Notes: generated by a model not told the origin, from the sequence alone. 64,000 bases of DNA from Patellaria atrata CBS 101060 (GCA_010093705.1 MU006089.1:2095561-2159560); one strand, 5' to 3'; counted from the first letter of the stretch, positions 13,001-26,450 are shown. Made by a program: numbers and translations.

Positions 13001-14007
13001 ACACCTACGTTGCCTTAGTGGAAGCATCTCTAGCTCGAGCTCTTGCCGAAGTTCCAGACAAACCCCAACAACCTCAAAACACTTATGACGATGTTCCGGA
13101 ACACCACGACTATGGGATCGTACCGCCTCACTTCTATCGTGAGCTTACGCGCACAAGTGAGGGCTGCAAACTGTTGGAATCGAAAGGTCATTTCAATGAA
13201 TTTGTTAGCACGATCCGTGATTGCGGGCAAGAAGATGAGGATGCAGAGACCATCCTCAAAGTTAAAGGGTGTCTGTGGGCTGTTGGTAACGTAGGTTCTA
13301 TGGAACTTGGTGCGCCATTTTTGGAACAGAGTGATGTTGTCAAGTGGATCGTAGCTATTGCTGAAAAGTCTGAAGTCATGACACTTCGAGGTACCGCATT
13401 CTTTGTCCTCGGGTTAATCTCAAGGAGTCTACATGGGCAAGAGATTCTACTTGAGTACGGATGGGATGGTACGCACAATTCCATGGGCTATAGCCTCGGG
13501 TACTGCCTACCCTTAGACTTTCCGAAACTCTTCTCGGTATTATTAACTCAAAAATTTCCCTACAAGCAGGTGCTAATAGTATAGCAGATCAAACCTTGGG
13601 CAAACCAACCCAGTGATGTTTCATCGCGGAAGTTGCAGGTCAAACTGGTCGAGTCTGAAAAGGACGAGCTCAACACACGGATCTTGAAGCTTGTCACAGA
13701 TCTAGGAAACACGGTTCTAGCAAAGCGTGCTGCTAGCGACCTTCATCAGTAAGATTCCATCTAGATTCCAGAAGACTCGAAAGGAGCTAACTGGATTGGC
13801 AGAATAAAAGCGAAGAAGGCTCCTGGCTTTCAGAAACCAGCACTATTGCATAAAGTCATGAAGATATTGGAATCACATCACTTCCGACTACCAGTATGCC
13901 GTTTCGTCATAGATCTCTTCGACAAAGGGGTGATGAGACAAATAGTACTCGAAGAGGAAGAAGAAAGTGATGACGCCAGCGAAGAAGGTTCGGACGAGTC
14001 AGAGTAA
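10030..14007 (+). CDS. ste20: TORC2 subunit Rictor/Avo3/Ste20 (HR1 + RICTOR domains), 3 coding exons
   Basis: HR1 (IDKETKIKIGSENLLEAL), REVVAAGYRVMRY, FLAGRRLTTYGR, LLVTQLYDPEIEVCEVA, GCLWAVGNVGS, LRGTAFFVLGLIS. Introns 13537-13587 and 13749-13802. Confidence 0.95.
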
Positions 14008-15705
14008 TGGACCCAAGGATGGTGGTGGTGTTTGAGCACTTTAAGGCCTTTGGAGTCATAATACTATATAAACACAAGGACATATTCTTATTGAGCGGTT
14101 TGGCGTCAAGGAGGTGAAGGATATTTGTTCGGAAGCACAAAGGGTTTTGTTGTGTTCGAGTATTCGGAGTAGGGAGTCTAATCTATCATGCATCTGCGGG
14201 GGATGGGAAAAAAAAATGGCGCCGGTTTTGAAGTGGAGAAAGGTGTATGTTATGAGTTTGGGAACTAGTAGGAGCATTGGGCAGCTTGTTGAATGGTTCG
14301 ATTCGCTTTCCCTATCCTAATTATTCGATATCCAGCAGAAATTCGCGGGAGCAGAACCGTGGAAAGAGTGAGGCCTGAATACCGCACTCTCGGTTGAATG
14401 TGAAATGTTTTGAACCCATGGTCTCGGTTGACCTGTCAAAAACTTCAGTCCATTCTTAAAGTTTGACTACATATATCATCTCCACTAACTCTTTAGTGCG
14501 GCCCACCTGTGAGGAGGTATGTCCGAGAAGGCCCTCGATGTCTTATAAGAGTGGATATCTTTCTGCCGTATAACGCAACACGGAATTGAAGCAGCTATGC
14601 AGGAACAGAAGTGCTTACATATCCATCGAAGTGCGTACGGTATCAGCCTGAGGTGAGGTATTACGAGAGATGAGATGGGATTCGAACGACCTTCGGTTTA
14701 TTAGGAGGTTGCCGTGTGATGCAGAACACGAGGCGTAGAACTTAGTGCTACTCACTAGTCAACGTGGACAACACATGTTCAAAAGAAAACGGAGGCTAAT
14801 AATACCGTGGAGTAGACCTGTACTATACGGTTTGATGGATGGTAGTTGGGGATAGTTTTATGTTGTTGGAAGGGTTAGAAGGGGTTGGTGTGGCATAGTT
14901 TGAACGATATACAGGCCGAAATTCGATCTGAGGTTAGTCCAATCGGGTCAAGTCATCGACACTAAACTTTACACCAATCATCTTTGGTGGATGCCGTTCA
15001 AAGTCATGGGCAGGATGGAAATTCCTCGACACCGACAGGCGTTCTGTTACAGACTTACAAGTCGACCCGACAACCTTAAGCCTTGATGGGAAATGCATCC
15101 CATACCTTACAATACAAAGTTACACCTTATCGGCCGATCGCCCATGAATCCAGACGGGTAGACGCCAATAATGAGCCTCTATATGCCTCGTACGTCCGCC
15201 TGTCAGAATCATGTCGTCGTAGACTTTAATACCTTACCATCGCTACACCACCTTCCACAATCTCAGCAACCTCATCTTTTTTGCCCTTATTTCTCCGTCT
15301 ATACCCAGTTTTGCAGCCGTAAAACCTTTCATCTCATTCAAATAATTTGTGCCGGACTATGTACATGCGATCTCGACTTTCTTATTATATTTCAAAGCAT
15401 TCCTTTCATTCACTGTCATTGAATTAGTGGGTTTGCTCAGTTGTAAAAGATTTGTAAAAGTAGGTTAACGGCAAGGTAACCCGGCTGAAGTGGCGCGCAT
15501 ATGATATCAGTCTCGACACCTTCATTGCCATATTTCCACCTCACGACTATCCGACTCCTCGACCCTGCAGCCGCTTCCCGAACCGTTTCCGTCCCATTCT
15601 TCCCAGTCGTATCTACCTCATCTGGAATTCTACCACTCCGAGACACTCGAAGATACAATAAGGATATATGGAGGACGGGTTGGTGGAACCAACCATAAGC
15701 ACTGA

Positions 15706-17978
15706 ATGAATCTGCTGGAAAGCGTGGGCTTCTCTCTCATAGATAGCGAAGAGCTGTCATACGACGAGCTGCTGGCCTCGTCCAGATTCATGAGCGGTGA
15801 TGAGGCACGTGTCACGTCTCAGGATATCGTGGGACTCGACGCTCACGAAGATGCCAGAACTCTGGTCCGATTGATACAATGCTCTAAATGCTCCTTACCG
15901 TTCCGAATACCAATCACTTTACCTTGCGGTCATTCGCACTGCAGGGACTGCCTGCCCCAACCCCACCATCGGGAGAATATATCTTATCCGAATACGCCTG
16001 ATCGTCGCCACGGCGTGGTGTGTCCAGTGCAAACCTGCCAGCGCGAGCATCCCGTAGGAGAATGTGATGTGGACGTTACGCTGTCAAAGATCATGGAGGC
16101 TATAACTGATGTAACTGCAGAATATCAGCCAGCCTCGGAAGATACTCCAATGTTGTTGGAAGAAATAAAGCATTACCCACGCGCAGACTCCGTTCTCCCA
16201 GAAAAGGAAGAGGATAGCATGGAAACACCCGAGCCTAGATCACAAGTCCTAAACGGAGGAAGACTGGCGGCGACCCTCCGTTTCGCTCAGATGGGTTTTC
16301 TGGATTTCGAGGCAGAGGTCGGGTATCAGACGCTGTCGAAAGAAGGGGATGATTATAGACCGCTGGGTGAAAGGATACTGACACAATTTCGGGAATCCGT
16401 TTCTAAGGAACTAGATTGTCAAGTTTGTTACAACTTGATGTATGATCCTGTCACAACTCCCTGCGGCCATACGTTCTGTCGAAAGTGTCTAGTTAGAGTT
16501 CTTGATCACTCTAGTCACTGTCCTATCTGCCGTCGCACTCTCCCCATACCGCCGTCTTTAGATCGTCAACCCAGCAATCAACGATTAAAAAGTCTTCTTG
16601 TTGGTCTATGTCCGGATCTAGTTGCTGCTCGAGCAGAAGCAGTTGAACAGGAAGAGCGCGGAACTATCGGGGAATTGGACGTGCCGTTGTTCGTTTGCAC
16701 CCTCGGCTTCCCATCCATGCCGACGTTTCTTCATATTTTCGAACCCCGATACAGACTGATGATTCGGCGCGCGCTGGAAGGTAATCGTACCTTTGGTATG
16801 CTAATGTACAATCGTGCCGGTCAACCGCAAGGAGACCTGGGGAATACGCATTTCCTTCAATATGGAACGATGCTACGCATATTGAATGTGCAAATGCTAC
16901 CAGACGGTCGCAGTCTTATCGAATGCATCGGCACGACTCGCTTCAAAGTCCTTCGCTGGAGTCAGCTGGATGGATACATCGTTGGCAGTGTCGAGCGCAT
17001 TGAGGATGTTAGTCTTGCTGAAGAAGAGAGAATTGAAGCCGAAGAAACGTCCGTCGCAGCCCCAGCCCTCAACGCTCCACCCACACCGGATAATATCAGC
17101 ATCGATCCTTCAGTTCTCGTCAACAGACTCTCGACGAGAAGACTGCTGATACATGGCGTTGAGTTTATCGAAAAGATGCGGGCGAACAGCGCTCCTTGGC
17201 TCCACCAGAGGATCCTCGACGCCTACGGACAACCACCGGACGACCCTGCCCTCTTTCCTTATTGGTTTGCATGTGTGCTGCCCATCGCGGACGAAGAAAA
17301 GTACCTTTTACTTTCGACGACGAGTGTTCGCGAGAGGCTCAAGATCGTCGTTAATTGGATACGCAGGATCGAAGGTCAACGATGGTGAGTTAGCTTCCAT
17401 CCTCTTTTCAGCTATATCGTCTACCCACTATTCCCCTTTGCGGAGCTCCGCAACATCATCACCACTTCCACGCCACCCCTTTGCGTACTGTGCCTCTTGC
17501 CGTTCCTCATCATCATGTTCCCTCTTCCGTCGCCCCTCCGTCATTTTCTTCACGTTGTGGGCGCATGCACGAAAGAGGCACCTGCCTCCACACCCCCCTT
17601 CCCCCCTTCCGCGAAACAAGTCAATCCCCGCAGATCTCGATCTTGCATTCATCACTCGCATCTACGCCATCGCCACGTGCAAGAATGCGTGCCCGCCCCA
17701 CATACTTTGGCGTGACTCGCATTGTCGGGTCCTTCCCGCGCCGCCACCCAATTTTCCTTGCATCTAGACACCCTCACAAGAATTTCGATTCTCCTTCTGG
17801 CGTCTCTTTTCATTCACTATACCCAGTCTAGCTTCTCACCCCATACTCAACCTTCAGCCCTCAATCCACCACGCACAAACACAACACAGACATATCCCTT
17901 AGACGAAACATCCCCTTCCAACGCAATATCAACTGATGCGCTGACAGGTACGCCGGCTCCTCGTGCACAGTGCTCTAA
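15706..17978 (+). CDS. RING finger + LON substrate-binding domain E3 ligase (CrgA/LONRF-like); terminal exon 17948-17978 adds WYAGSSCTVL (CaaX)
   Basis: Two RINGs (CSKC...LPCGHSHCRDC; CQVC...TTPCGHTFCRKC...CPICR) and a LON-N domain (PTFLHIFEPRYRLMIRR). Donor TG|GTGAGT at 17385, acceptor CTGACAG ending 17947. Start may be 15706 or 15790. Confidence 0.88.
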
Positions 17979-18278
17979 GGCCCTTCCTCACCCCCCTTCG
18001 TCTGACGCCGCATATGTACCGTCATCAAGCTCCCCCTGCTCGCCGACGTCGTACCAGACACATCGCCGTCGCAGCCATCGTCGCGCTCACGCTTGCGTTC
18101 GCGCTCGCGCCTGCGTTCGCGCTCGCGCCTTCGATTGGCTTGCTCGTTTTCATCGTTTTTGTTACCGTGCTGGTTGAGTGGGGTTTACTTGTGGGATGAT
18201 GAGTTTGGGGTTGCGGGGGTTAACTAGGAAGGTATGCTGGGGGTTTTAGCTAAAGGTGGGTATGGTGGGTTGAGTTGG

Positions 18279-18413
18279 NNNNNNNNNNNNNNNNNNNNNN
18301 NNNNNNNNNNNNNNNNNNNNNNNNNNNNNNNNNNNNNNNNNNNNNNNNNNNNNNNNNNNNNNNNNNNNNNNNNNNNNNNNNNNNNNNNNNNNNNNNNNNN
18401 NNNNNNNNNNNNN
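18279..18413. other. Assembly gap (N run)
   Basis: Run of n flanked by G/T-rich sequence. Confidence 1.
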
Positions 18414-21400
18414 GTTTGACGGGGGGAATCTAGATATGGGCATTCTTGTGGTTGTTGTTGTGGGTGCATCTTGTGGTGTTGATGTCTCTGTATGTATCCC
18501 TGATTTTTTGGTCGACTCGTGTTTGATGGGTTGTGACGAGGGTGGTTGTAAATTATCAAAAGACTATCATATTTTTACACTTTTTTTTTTTTTTTTAGGT
18601 GTGGTATGTGGGATACAAGAGGTGAAGTTGTAGATTTTGACTTGCTAAAACGATATAGCGATTTTTGCTTTTGTTTTCGGCTTTTGATGTATACGATGTC
18701 TTGAAAAGTGGAAATATAAACCGTGGAGATGATACAAGCTCTTTTTGTACAGTATCGTGGAGGAGAAGTAAATTATAGCAGAAAATCGTACCGTGAAATC
18801 ACCGTTCGAACTCGCTCACGTACCTACAGTAAATTCTATCCCTCTACTCCGTATTCCAAACAGCTGGAAAAAATCCGATGCTGCACCGTTTCTACAATCT
18901 ATCTCTCCACATGGCTCTACGCGCTGCCGACTTACCTGGTAATACTAATTTTGAGATGTTCGTTCTGGAGTTCTCGGGGGGCAGATAATGGTGAATGAAG
19001 TGGATTTATACTTTAACTCTTTCCGTGTGTTATATCACTGGTTCCCTTTTTCTTTTTCTATTTTTTTTCTCCCCTGGGGTTGGAGTTGTGAGTATTTGTG
19101 GTTTTCCTGGCTGCTTTCCTTTCTCCGGAATTTTGCATTGCTTCGGAATGGACCTGGTTCCTTCATTTCCAGTCTCGCGGTCTCGAGTCCTTATTCTTTC
19201 TCCCGAATTCCCTATGAACGAATTCCTCAGGAATCTTCCTCTTCACGAGATTTTGCCTTTCCTCCTGCGTGAAGTTAGCCCCTTCGCTTGCCATCGGAAA
19301 CCCTAGCCGGGAAAAAACCAAGGATTTCGGGAAAATTGTCCAAGTCCGTATCGACGTACAGTACCTCTCTGCAGAAGCGATATGTTGGTAAGGGGCCAGC
19401 CCCAAGATACCTAGCCAGTACATTTCGAAAAGTGAATCCTCTGCAGCGAAAAGCGGGAAAGGCGCCTGAAAAATGCCATGATAAGGGTCCCTTCCTTTCT
19501 TCAAAACTCCCGTGGATTTTGCCCTGCATTCGTTGCTCTCAGAAACCAGATACGAGGATCCTTAGTTCCAGTGCTCGAGATGCACTTTCGTGAATGGCAT
19601 GGCGGGGTTAGGAAATAGGAGATAGTGCTGCGAAGAGTGAAGATACCTACCTGTCCGGTGGGAAGTCGGTGTTAGTCAACGGGTGCGAAAGCTGCTGCAT
19701 GAAGAGTAATCAAAATATCGTCTTTTGCTCTTTTGTACCCTTTCCCTATGTTTTGTCGGTGTCGTGGACCGCTAGTTTCTCGCTGGTCGTTATTACGAGG
19801 TGACCAGTCAGCTCCCTCGACAACCTCTTGAAGCGGTCTACCTTGCATCGCAGCTCCCTCGCACCGCCAAACTGCAACAAACCCACACCGAAGAGATCCA
19901 AAGGGTAACCAAAATTCTGAAGCCGAATGAAAGACAAAATGGGATATCCTCGACTGTCTCGCCATGAGATCGAGCGATCGGGCGATCGAGCGGGTTTATC
20001 TCCAACAAAAGCTCTCGCTTTTTAGGGGTCTCCGAAGGATTCTTGTATGAGGGGAAACTTGCATCGTTCATGCTGTTTCTCACATTTTGAGAGGATCTCC
20101 AGGGTCTTCATAAGGGTTTCGTCGCCCGCCTCTCTACGACTCTTTTGGGAAACTCCACGCTCGCGGTACAGTACTGGCGAAAGGTTAAGATTTTGGGGGT
20201 CCGGCCACCGGTTCGCGTCGAAGAATGAGTGTGGGGATGAACATGCTCGACATGGACTTCGGACCTCCACGTGCGCGGGCCGTGTTGCGGGGCCAAGTCG
20301 AACGGTTTACCCGCCAGGATGATCTGAAGGTCCTATACTTTCCTGTACCGTCGATTTGGATGAAGCCAAGCTGACGCGATTGCATGCGTCGGGGTATATC
20401 TACACAATTGATCGTAAGCGGAGTTGATGAGGTGGGACAACTGGGTTTAGGAATAGCTTGTCTCGAGTAACATACAGCTACATTTACACTGTATCCTCCT
20501 ACCTGGTCTAATTTTTTCGTCCACACTTGGCGTCTTGTTCCTGTCCCTGGGCAATATATTTTGTTATGACCGAGATGTGAGCCGGCACAAGTCCGCAATC
20601 GTGAGAGAAGGAACAATTACCATAATGCAGCATATGCAAGGGATGTTGATAGAACTCCTGCATTAACGATCTTAGGATCACGTTTTCGAAGAAAAATGTG
20701 TGTATCAGTAGAACTAAACTACCCCACGGCACGAGTGCTGCAAAAATAGCCAACCTTTTAATAAGAATCGCAAGTTGTAGTTCTACGGCGTTGTCGTGGC
20801 TTTTCAATAACAGTCCTGCCGAGGTAGCGAGGGAAAGTTTTTCTAGAAGAACGCTAGAAAACGTCCACCATTGCTTGAAGGTCGCTTTTACGAGGTAGCG
20901 TCGCAATGTCGCAACCTCTACAATGATGCTAAAGAGGTAAAGCTCTAATCTCCTCGATACGTGATTCAACGTTTCACTCAATATGACTGGTCGGACATGC
21001 CGAGTGAGGCTGAAGCACCATCAGATTATGGAGTGGATCGAAGAGGATGATTAAGAAGCCACATCAAAGGGTAGGCGGTGTGTCTCGAGAGTGTGGACTG
21101 GGTCAACATTCCCAATTCAGCTGACTGATTTTGCTTGTCTACTTTCACTGGACGGTAGTAGATTATTGGGGATACGATGCTGGATGAGAGCATTGGCCAT
21201 CCAGCCAGCCTTGTGGGTGCCAGGCTTGCCAGCTCAGAGTGTCTTTGTCTCGTCTCTGCCAAAATTGACCATTAACAATCGACAAAGCCACCAGAAACCC
21301 CTGGTCATTCGTGCTTGCAATTCACCTCTTGCCCATCTCGTTGGGATCAAGGTCCAACTTTCCACTCTGTCGGTTAAGTTTGTGTGAAATTGGGCTGCAC

Positions 21401-24400
21401 GCTCCACTGATTACTGGAGCAAAGTGAGCAATTGTTGATGCTGGTTTGAGATTCGCTAGTGAAGAGGTTTGCATCACGTTGAATCTAGAATCAACAAAGG
21501 CGGCGCTGCTGAACGTGACCATGCGAGAAGTAGGGAGTACGAAGAACCACAAAATTGTGAAGACAAAGCTGTGGCCGTATAGAACGCAAAAAGTAGAGGT
21601 CGAAAAAGTGATGACAAAGTGAGGGGGAGGAAACGGGAAAGGTTGCATGCAGCGACACCGCAAGAAATTGTTATGAAGCGGTGCACGCAAACGACCAACC
21701 TTACCCTTACCTTACAGGCGGGTCTATCGCCGTTGTTGGGTTGTCGGTACCCCAAGTGAGAAAGTGAGTAATTGATGCTTATATTGCATATTGTCATTTT
21801 CTGGTCGCTTTAAAGGCGCGCATTTGTAAGTGTAGCAAGGGCGGGACGATGGATGATACGTGAATCATAAAATGTGCGATCCATATGGAATTTGTAAGGT
21901 GATTTGTTTAGCGTTGGTAGAACCAGCTTGAAGCTCTTTAATGAGGTTCTTCGATCCCCTTGGTTGGTGGTGATGCATAATCAGATTGCTGACAATTACA
22001 GCCTTAAGGATAACCCGGACCCATCATCTGTCCAACACCCTGACGTGTGATTTTTGAACCTATGACTGGTCCAGTAGCCGAATGTTGGGTTTTCAAAGTG
22101 TCAACTTGCTCTTCAGATTGTGAGTAATCATAGTAGTACTTTGTACCTGTAACTCCGAACTGTACTGTTGCTTAGGTTATCGCTTGGAGTACGGTATGTA
22201 CATTAGTTGCTCGTCGAATACGTCGTCAATCCGGGGTCGTCGCGGGCGCTAGATGGAGGATTATCGCATTGAAACGGAAGGTTAGAAAGTTAGATCGGTC
22301 TCTTATGGCAAATCGCACTTTATGATTATACTGTAGTTCTAATGCACTGTAAGGCTCTTGGGTTTGATGGCGATGGTGTTTCGACAGTTTCGTGATTGAT
22401 GACTCGGACGAAAGATATCCCCAGATGCCGATCTCCAACGTATCGGCCTTAAGGTAAGCTACGGGAACCACGCGTTTTAGCCTTTTGGTACTTCGGCCAC
22501 AAGAGAAACCTTTGTCTCCGAAACGATCCAACCAATCGCAACGCCTAATCCGATGTGTTTTGAAGGAACCGGGTATGAATCACTCCGTTTAGAAATTCGT
22601 CTCCTCGGTGACGAATTGCACTGCGCCGGGAGGATCAAAGAATCGACTCCTTAACGGCGTAAATCGGAGTCATACTAACATACTCTAGTTGAATATTCTC
22701 AATCAACCACCTCATCAGTCACAGCAAGCCTCTCATGCATACGTGGTACTCTTGATATCCTGTGGCATCTGTGGCTCTCCTTTGCGTTGTAACCTTAAAG
22801 CGAGGCTTTAACCCTGATCGGCATGATCGATTTGATAGGGCGTATTCCTAAAACCCTGGAGATCGTACAGAGCGGTGGACAAGAAAAGGTAATCAATGCG
22901 AAGCGAGGAACCCAAAACGCGTACTGTACACGCACATTTCGCTCGCAAAAAACACCTTTTCGTGCCTAATAAGGTACCGGGCTGTGGCTGTTCAGTTACC
23001 CGTCATTACAGTATTTTTTTGAATACGGGCGTATCACTGGCGTATTCTGCTTTTGTGATACCTCAGGCCTCCATCAAACCAGGACAGGCGGCCTTGATGA
23101 GGCTCAGACATATTTTGAAATTGCTACTTCAAAGCGAATACCTCAGCGCTATCGTATAACCCTCTCCCCACCCCTCCCCCCCCAAAGTTAGAATATTTGA
23201 TTCGCACGTAAGGTGTCAAGGTACCAAATACCTCAGCCGCCATGAGTATAGAGAAGAACTTGAGGAGAAGCCACTAATGTCCATTTGAGGCGTTGCTATG
23301 TGCTTTCTCAAGTGAACAAAGCTCACCAAGAGGCGGCTCATCTCTCGCGTGGCCATGACAGGGAATAAGCTTAATGAGGAAGGATGTAGGGTGCCACTAA
23401 TGGGTGAGAGAAATTACGGAGTAACAGATGGTTGCGATGGCGATATGGGGTCTTGAGCTGTTTACCTGGTACTACGTACACGAGCAATATTGGACTCACT
23501 GTTATGAAGTCACGGGAAATGTCAAAGAGGTCGAGCTTCGAGGACAATCAGCCAGTAGTATCTTCTGGACGAAGGTACAACTCTCGTCCGAATGTGCAGA
23601 ATATCAACGGAGGATAGTTCTGGGCAGGCGGTCAGCATGAGTTTGGACTGTTGCACAGAGCCAGTTTCATTCGGCCGTTAAGGATACCGCGCGGAATTTT
23701 GGTTGTAGCTTTCGTTGTAATAATTAATCAAGGGTAGATTTCAGCCAAGGGGGGTTTCGCTGATACTGTATAGCGGTCACAGCGGTATGCGGGAGGCATG
23801 GCCATCAGTAAGGTTACTAAGGTAAGTCCATCAGTTAGTCGGTGCATACGTGGATTGTCGAGGAAAGAAACATACCCTTGCAGATCATGCCGATATTCTT
23901 GTCAATCTTGTGTCCAGGGAGTGCCAGGGCTGAGAAAGTTGGTGCTGTAAAGTGCAGAGGTGGTGACTAGAAAATGTGGACCCCTGTCTGGGAATTCGGA
24001 GGTGTCGGTGAACAAACGTGCCTACCTCCTACGGGCGTTGGCGCATTCGTCCATGCCTCCCATGGCCTCCATGCATATTACCAAGCCCTTCGTCAAACCC
24101 CTGTAGCACTTGCTCCGACTAACTCCACGTACAATCATTTTGGTCATCCTTTCTGATGCTGAGCTTGCTAACATAAAGGAACTCAAGCCTCCCACACATC
24201 CAACCTTTCTCCATCATCAGCAGTTCCAGATTCAAAAGACACAAATCAAGAAGCACAGTTCTCTCTTGATTAAAACAGTCACTACTCAACTGCAATCAAC
24301 AACCACGATACACATACATCAACAATACATCAACACTGAAGCCCTTGCGTTTAATAACCGACACCGCTTCCACCTCCTATTGGCTACTTTTACGTATGTG

Positions 24401-24484
24401 TCACTCTTTACGCAACGGCCATAAAATCAGGCACTGACTCATTTTCTCAGGCAAACATATAAACACACAGTTAAATTTTAAATC

Positions 24485-25273
24485 ATGCCTTCTCATCTTA
24501 GACTACAATCGAGCTTCGAGCCTTTCTCAGCCGAAACCACCCGCACATATTTCCCAACCTCCCCATCATCATCCTCGTCACCACCACAGAAGAAGCAGAA
24601 GATGAGCCTTTCGCAAACCTACTACGTCGCTTCGTCCGCAAGGACAAAGTTGGGCAAGGAAGCTTGCAGGGCCGATCATGACCTCAGGTTACTTGTGGGA
24701 CACGCCAACCTCCTTGATGCACTCATGGTCGAGCTTGCAGATGCCGAGAGGGAACAAGAAGCATGGTTCAACGAGACAGTGAAGAAGGCTGGCAAGAATG
24801 AGGACTCGAAGCACATCCAGTGGGTAGACACAATCGTCGAGGACCCAGAGGAGGATTCAGACGACGCCTCAGATGTTTCAGACAGCGACTCGGAGTTCGA
24901 TGATGAAGGTTTTGATATGATAGTTCCCCTCCGAAGACTACAATCTCCCCCAGCACCTATCATCACCACCACCGAGCTTGAAGATGAGGATGAGGAGTAC
25001 TACGATGAGGATGACGATGAGGAGCATGCTCTTACTCGGGTCGCCTCTAATTCACCTCCAGAGCTAATTCACGAGGAGTCGGATTCCGACGAAGACCTCA
25101 CACCCCCAACAACACCGCCCCAACCAACGCTCGAATTCTCGGAAAAGCGCGGACAAGTTATCACGACGACAGAATTCTACGGATCCTCGCTATCAGCATC
25201 AGCACAAGACTCGTTTCACAAGGATGGCTACTTCATCCCTGAGAGGACAGCACCGATGATCGCAAACTACTAG
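24485..25273 (+). CDS. ECM13: Ecm13-like protein (conserved N-terminal helix + acidic tail); probable 5'UTR intron ~24393-24450
   Basis: MSLSQTYYVASSARTKLGKEACRADHDLRLLVGHANLLDALM motif followed by D/E-rich disordered sequence. Upstream GTATGT...CTGAC...TCAG. Confidence 0.75.
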   Translation: MPSHLRLQSSFEPFSAETTRTYFPTSPSSSSSPPQKKQKMSLSQTYYVASSARTKLGKEACRADHDLRLLVGHANLLDALMVELADAEREQEAWFNETVKKAGKNEDSKHIQWVDTIVEDPEEDSDDASDVSDSDSEFDDEGFDMIVPLRRLQSPPAPIITTTELEDEDEEYYDEDDDEEHALTRVASNSPPELIHEESDSDEDLTPPTTPPQPTLEFSEKRGQVITTTEFYGSSLSASAQDSFHKDGYFIPERTAPMIANY

Positions 25274-26450
25274 ATCATGCAATGTTTTACCTCTACGAAG
25301 TCTTTTGATTGATAGCGATTTAGCAATGTCGATGATGTCTTGATTCTGCATAGCATTGGCGCTTTGGGATTTTTCTTTTGGTCTCATCGTTTACACAAAA
25401 TACCAGGCCATGTTGGAAGGCCATTGGCAGGATGCCAAACAGTTAGAAGAAGGGAAGCAGGATATTTCCACTCATAGGATTGATTTGCAGAACATTTCTT
25501 ATCAGGTTGGAAAGTGGACGGATCGATCGGTGTACCAGACGACATCATTAGGATTGTGCGGTCTGTGGCATAGATCTCCCTCTCCTTGAGGTTGAGACTT
25601 TGCTTAGCAAATAGTAGCTAGCAGGAATCAAAGCCCAGTGAGGCCAATTCAAACAAATCAAATAACATCTCTCAACGTGTATCTGGTGAAACAATTATTG
25701 CCTAATTTGACAAAAGGTTGACGATTAGGATTACCTTAGCAATATGCTTATTTGAGCATGAGCAAGATTAATCTCCAATTAACTCCCAATAACTCCGCCT
25801 AAGGCAACGGCTGAGCTCATCACTTGGATGCCTTGCTTACCTTAGATGATTGGATGTTTCGTGTGTTGTTGCCTTTAGATTGGACAGAAGTACCCCTCCA
25901 AAAGTCGATCACCAAGGCTTAGCATCAACTTTCTCCAGATCCTACAAGTTGAAAGGAATCCTTCAGGGTCCCGCAGGAAGAGTATGTACCTCTGTACATG
26001 TCTACAAAAGAGGGTTGATGATGCGAACACATGGGAAAGGCGGTCGGGAAAAAAGGGTACAGTACAACAAACAGGAACCCCCCCGAATGTGATTGCGAAA
26101 CAACCTCTCACAGATGTTTGTTTCTCTATTGTACCGAGATGGCCGCGAAAAGGGAGTTTGTGGTGCATGACCGGCCCCGGTAACTGTACATTCGCGACAT
26201 GCAGGCATTATTTCGCAGCGGACATTATCTACAACAGAAACGGTTTGATGGTTGTACATCCTCAGTTGGGAAGGCTGGCGCGGCGTGGAGCGGAAGTCCA
26301 TGACCGCCAAAACATCCCTAAGGATATCTCTACCTACTGTACGGCGTCTCTCTTGTTGCTTTAAGCCCCCCCTTGCGGACTTTTTTTTGAACAGTCATCC
26401 ATTCGAAACATTATTATTATAGACGGTCAAATCCCATTCTCCGTCGCCGA

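Noticed and set aside
14670..14695. Minus-strand GTTCGAATCCC resembling a tRNA T-loop
   Set aside because: The flanks do not form a T-stem, and no acceptor stem or D arm is visible.
20508..20981. 157-aa minus-strand ORF (TTG start)
   Set aside because: No ATG start and no motif or intron support; likely spurious.
23915..23975. GGG...GCTGAGA resembling the start of a TPP riboswitch
   Set aside because: The downstream conserved TGATC/GATAA/GCG elements are absent and there is no thiamine gene nearby.
18414..24400. Possible telomerase RNA or snRNA in the gene-free region
   Set aside because: No full TAACCCTAA template was seen by eye. ACTTACCTGG at ~18930 lacks the U1 body. An Rfam scan is needed for certainty.
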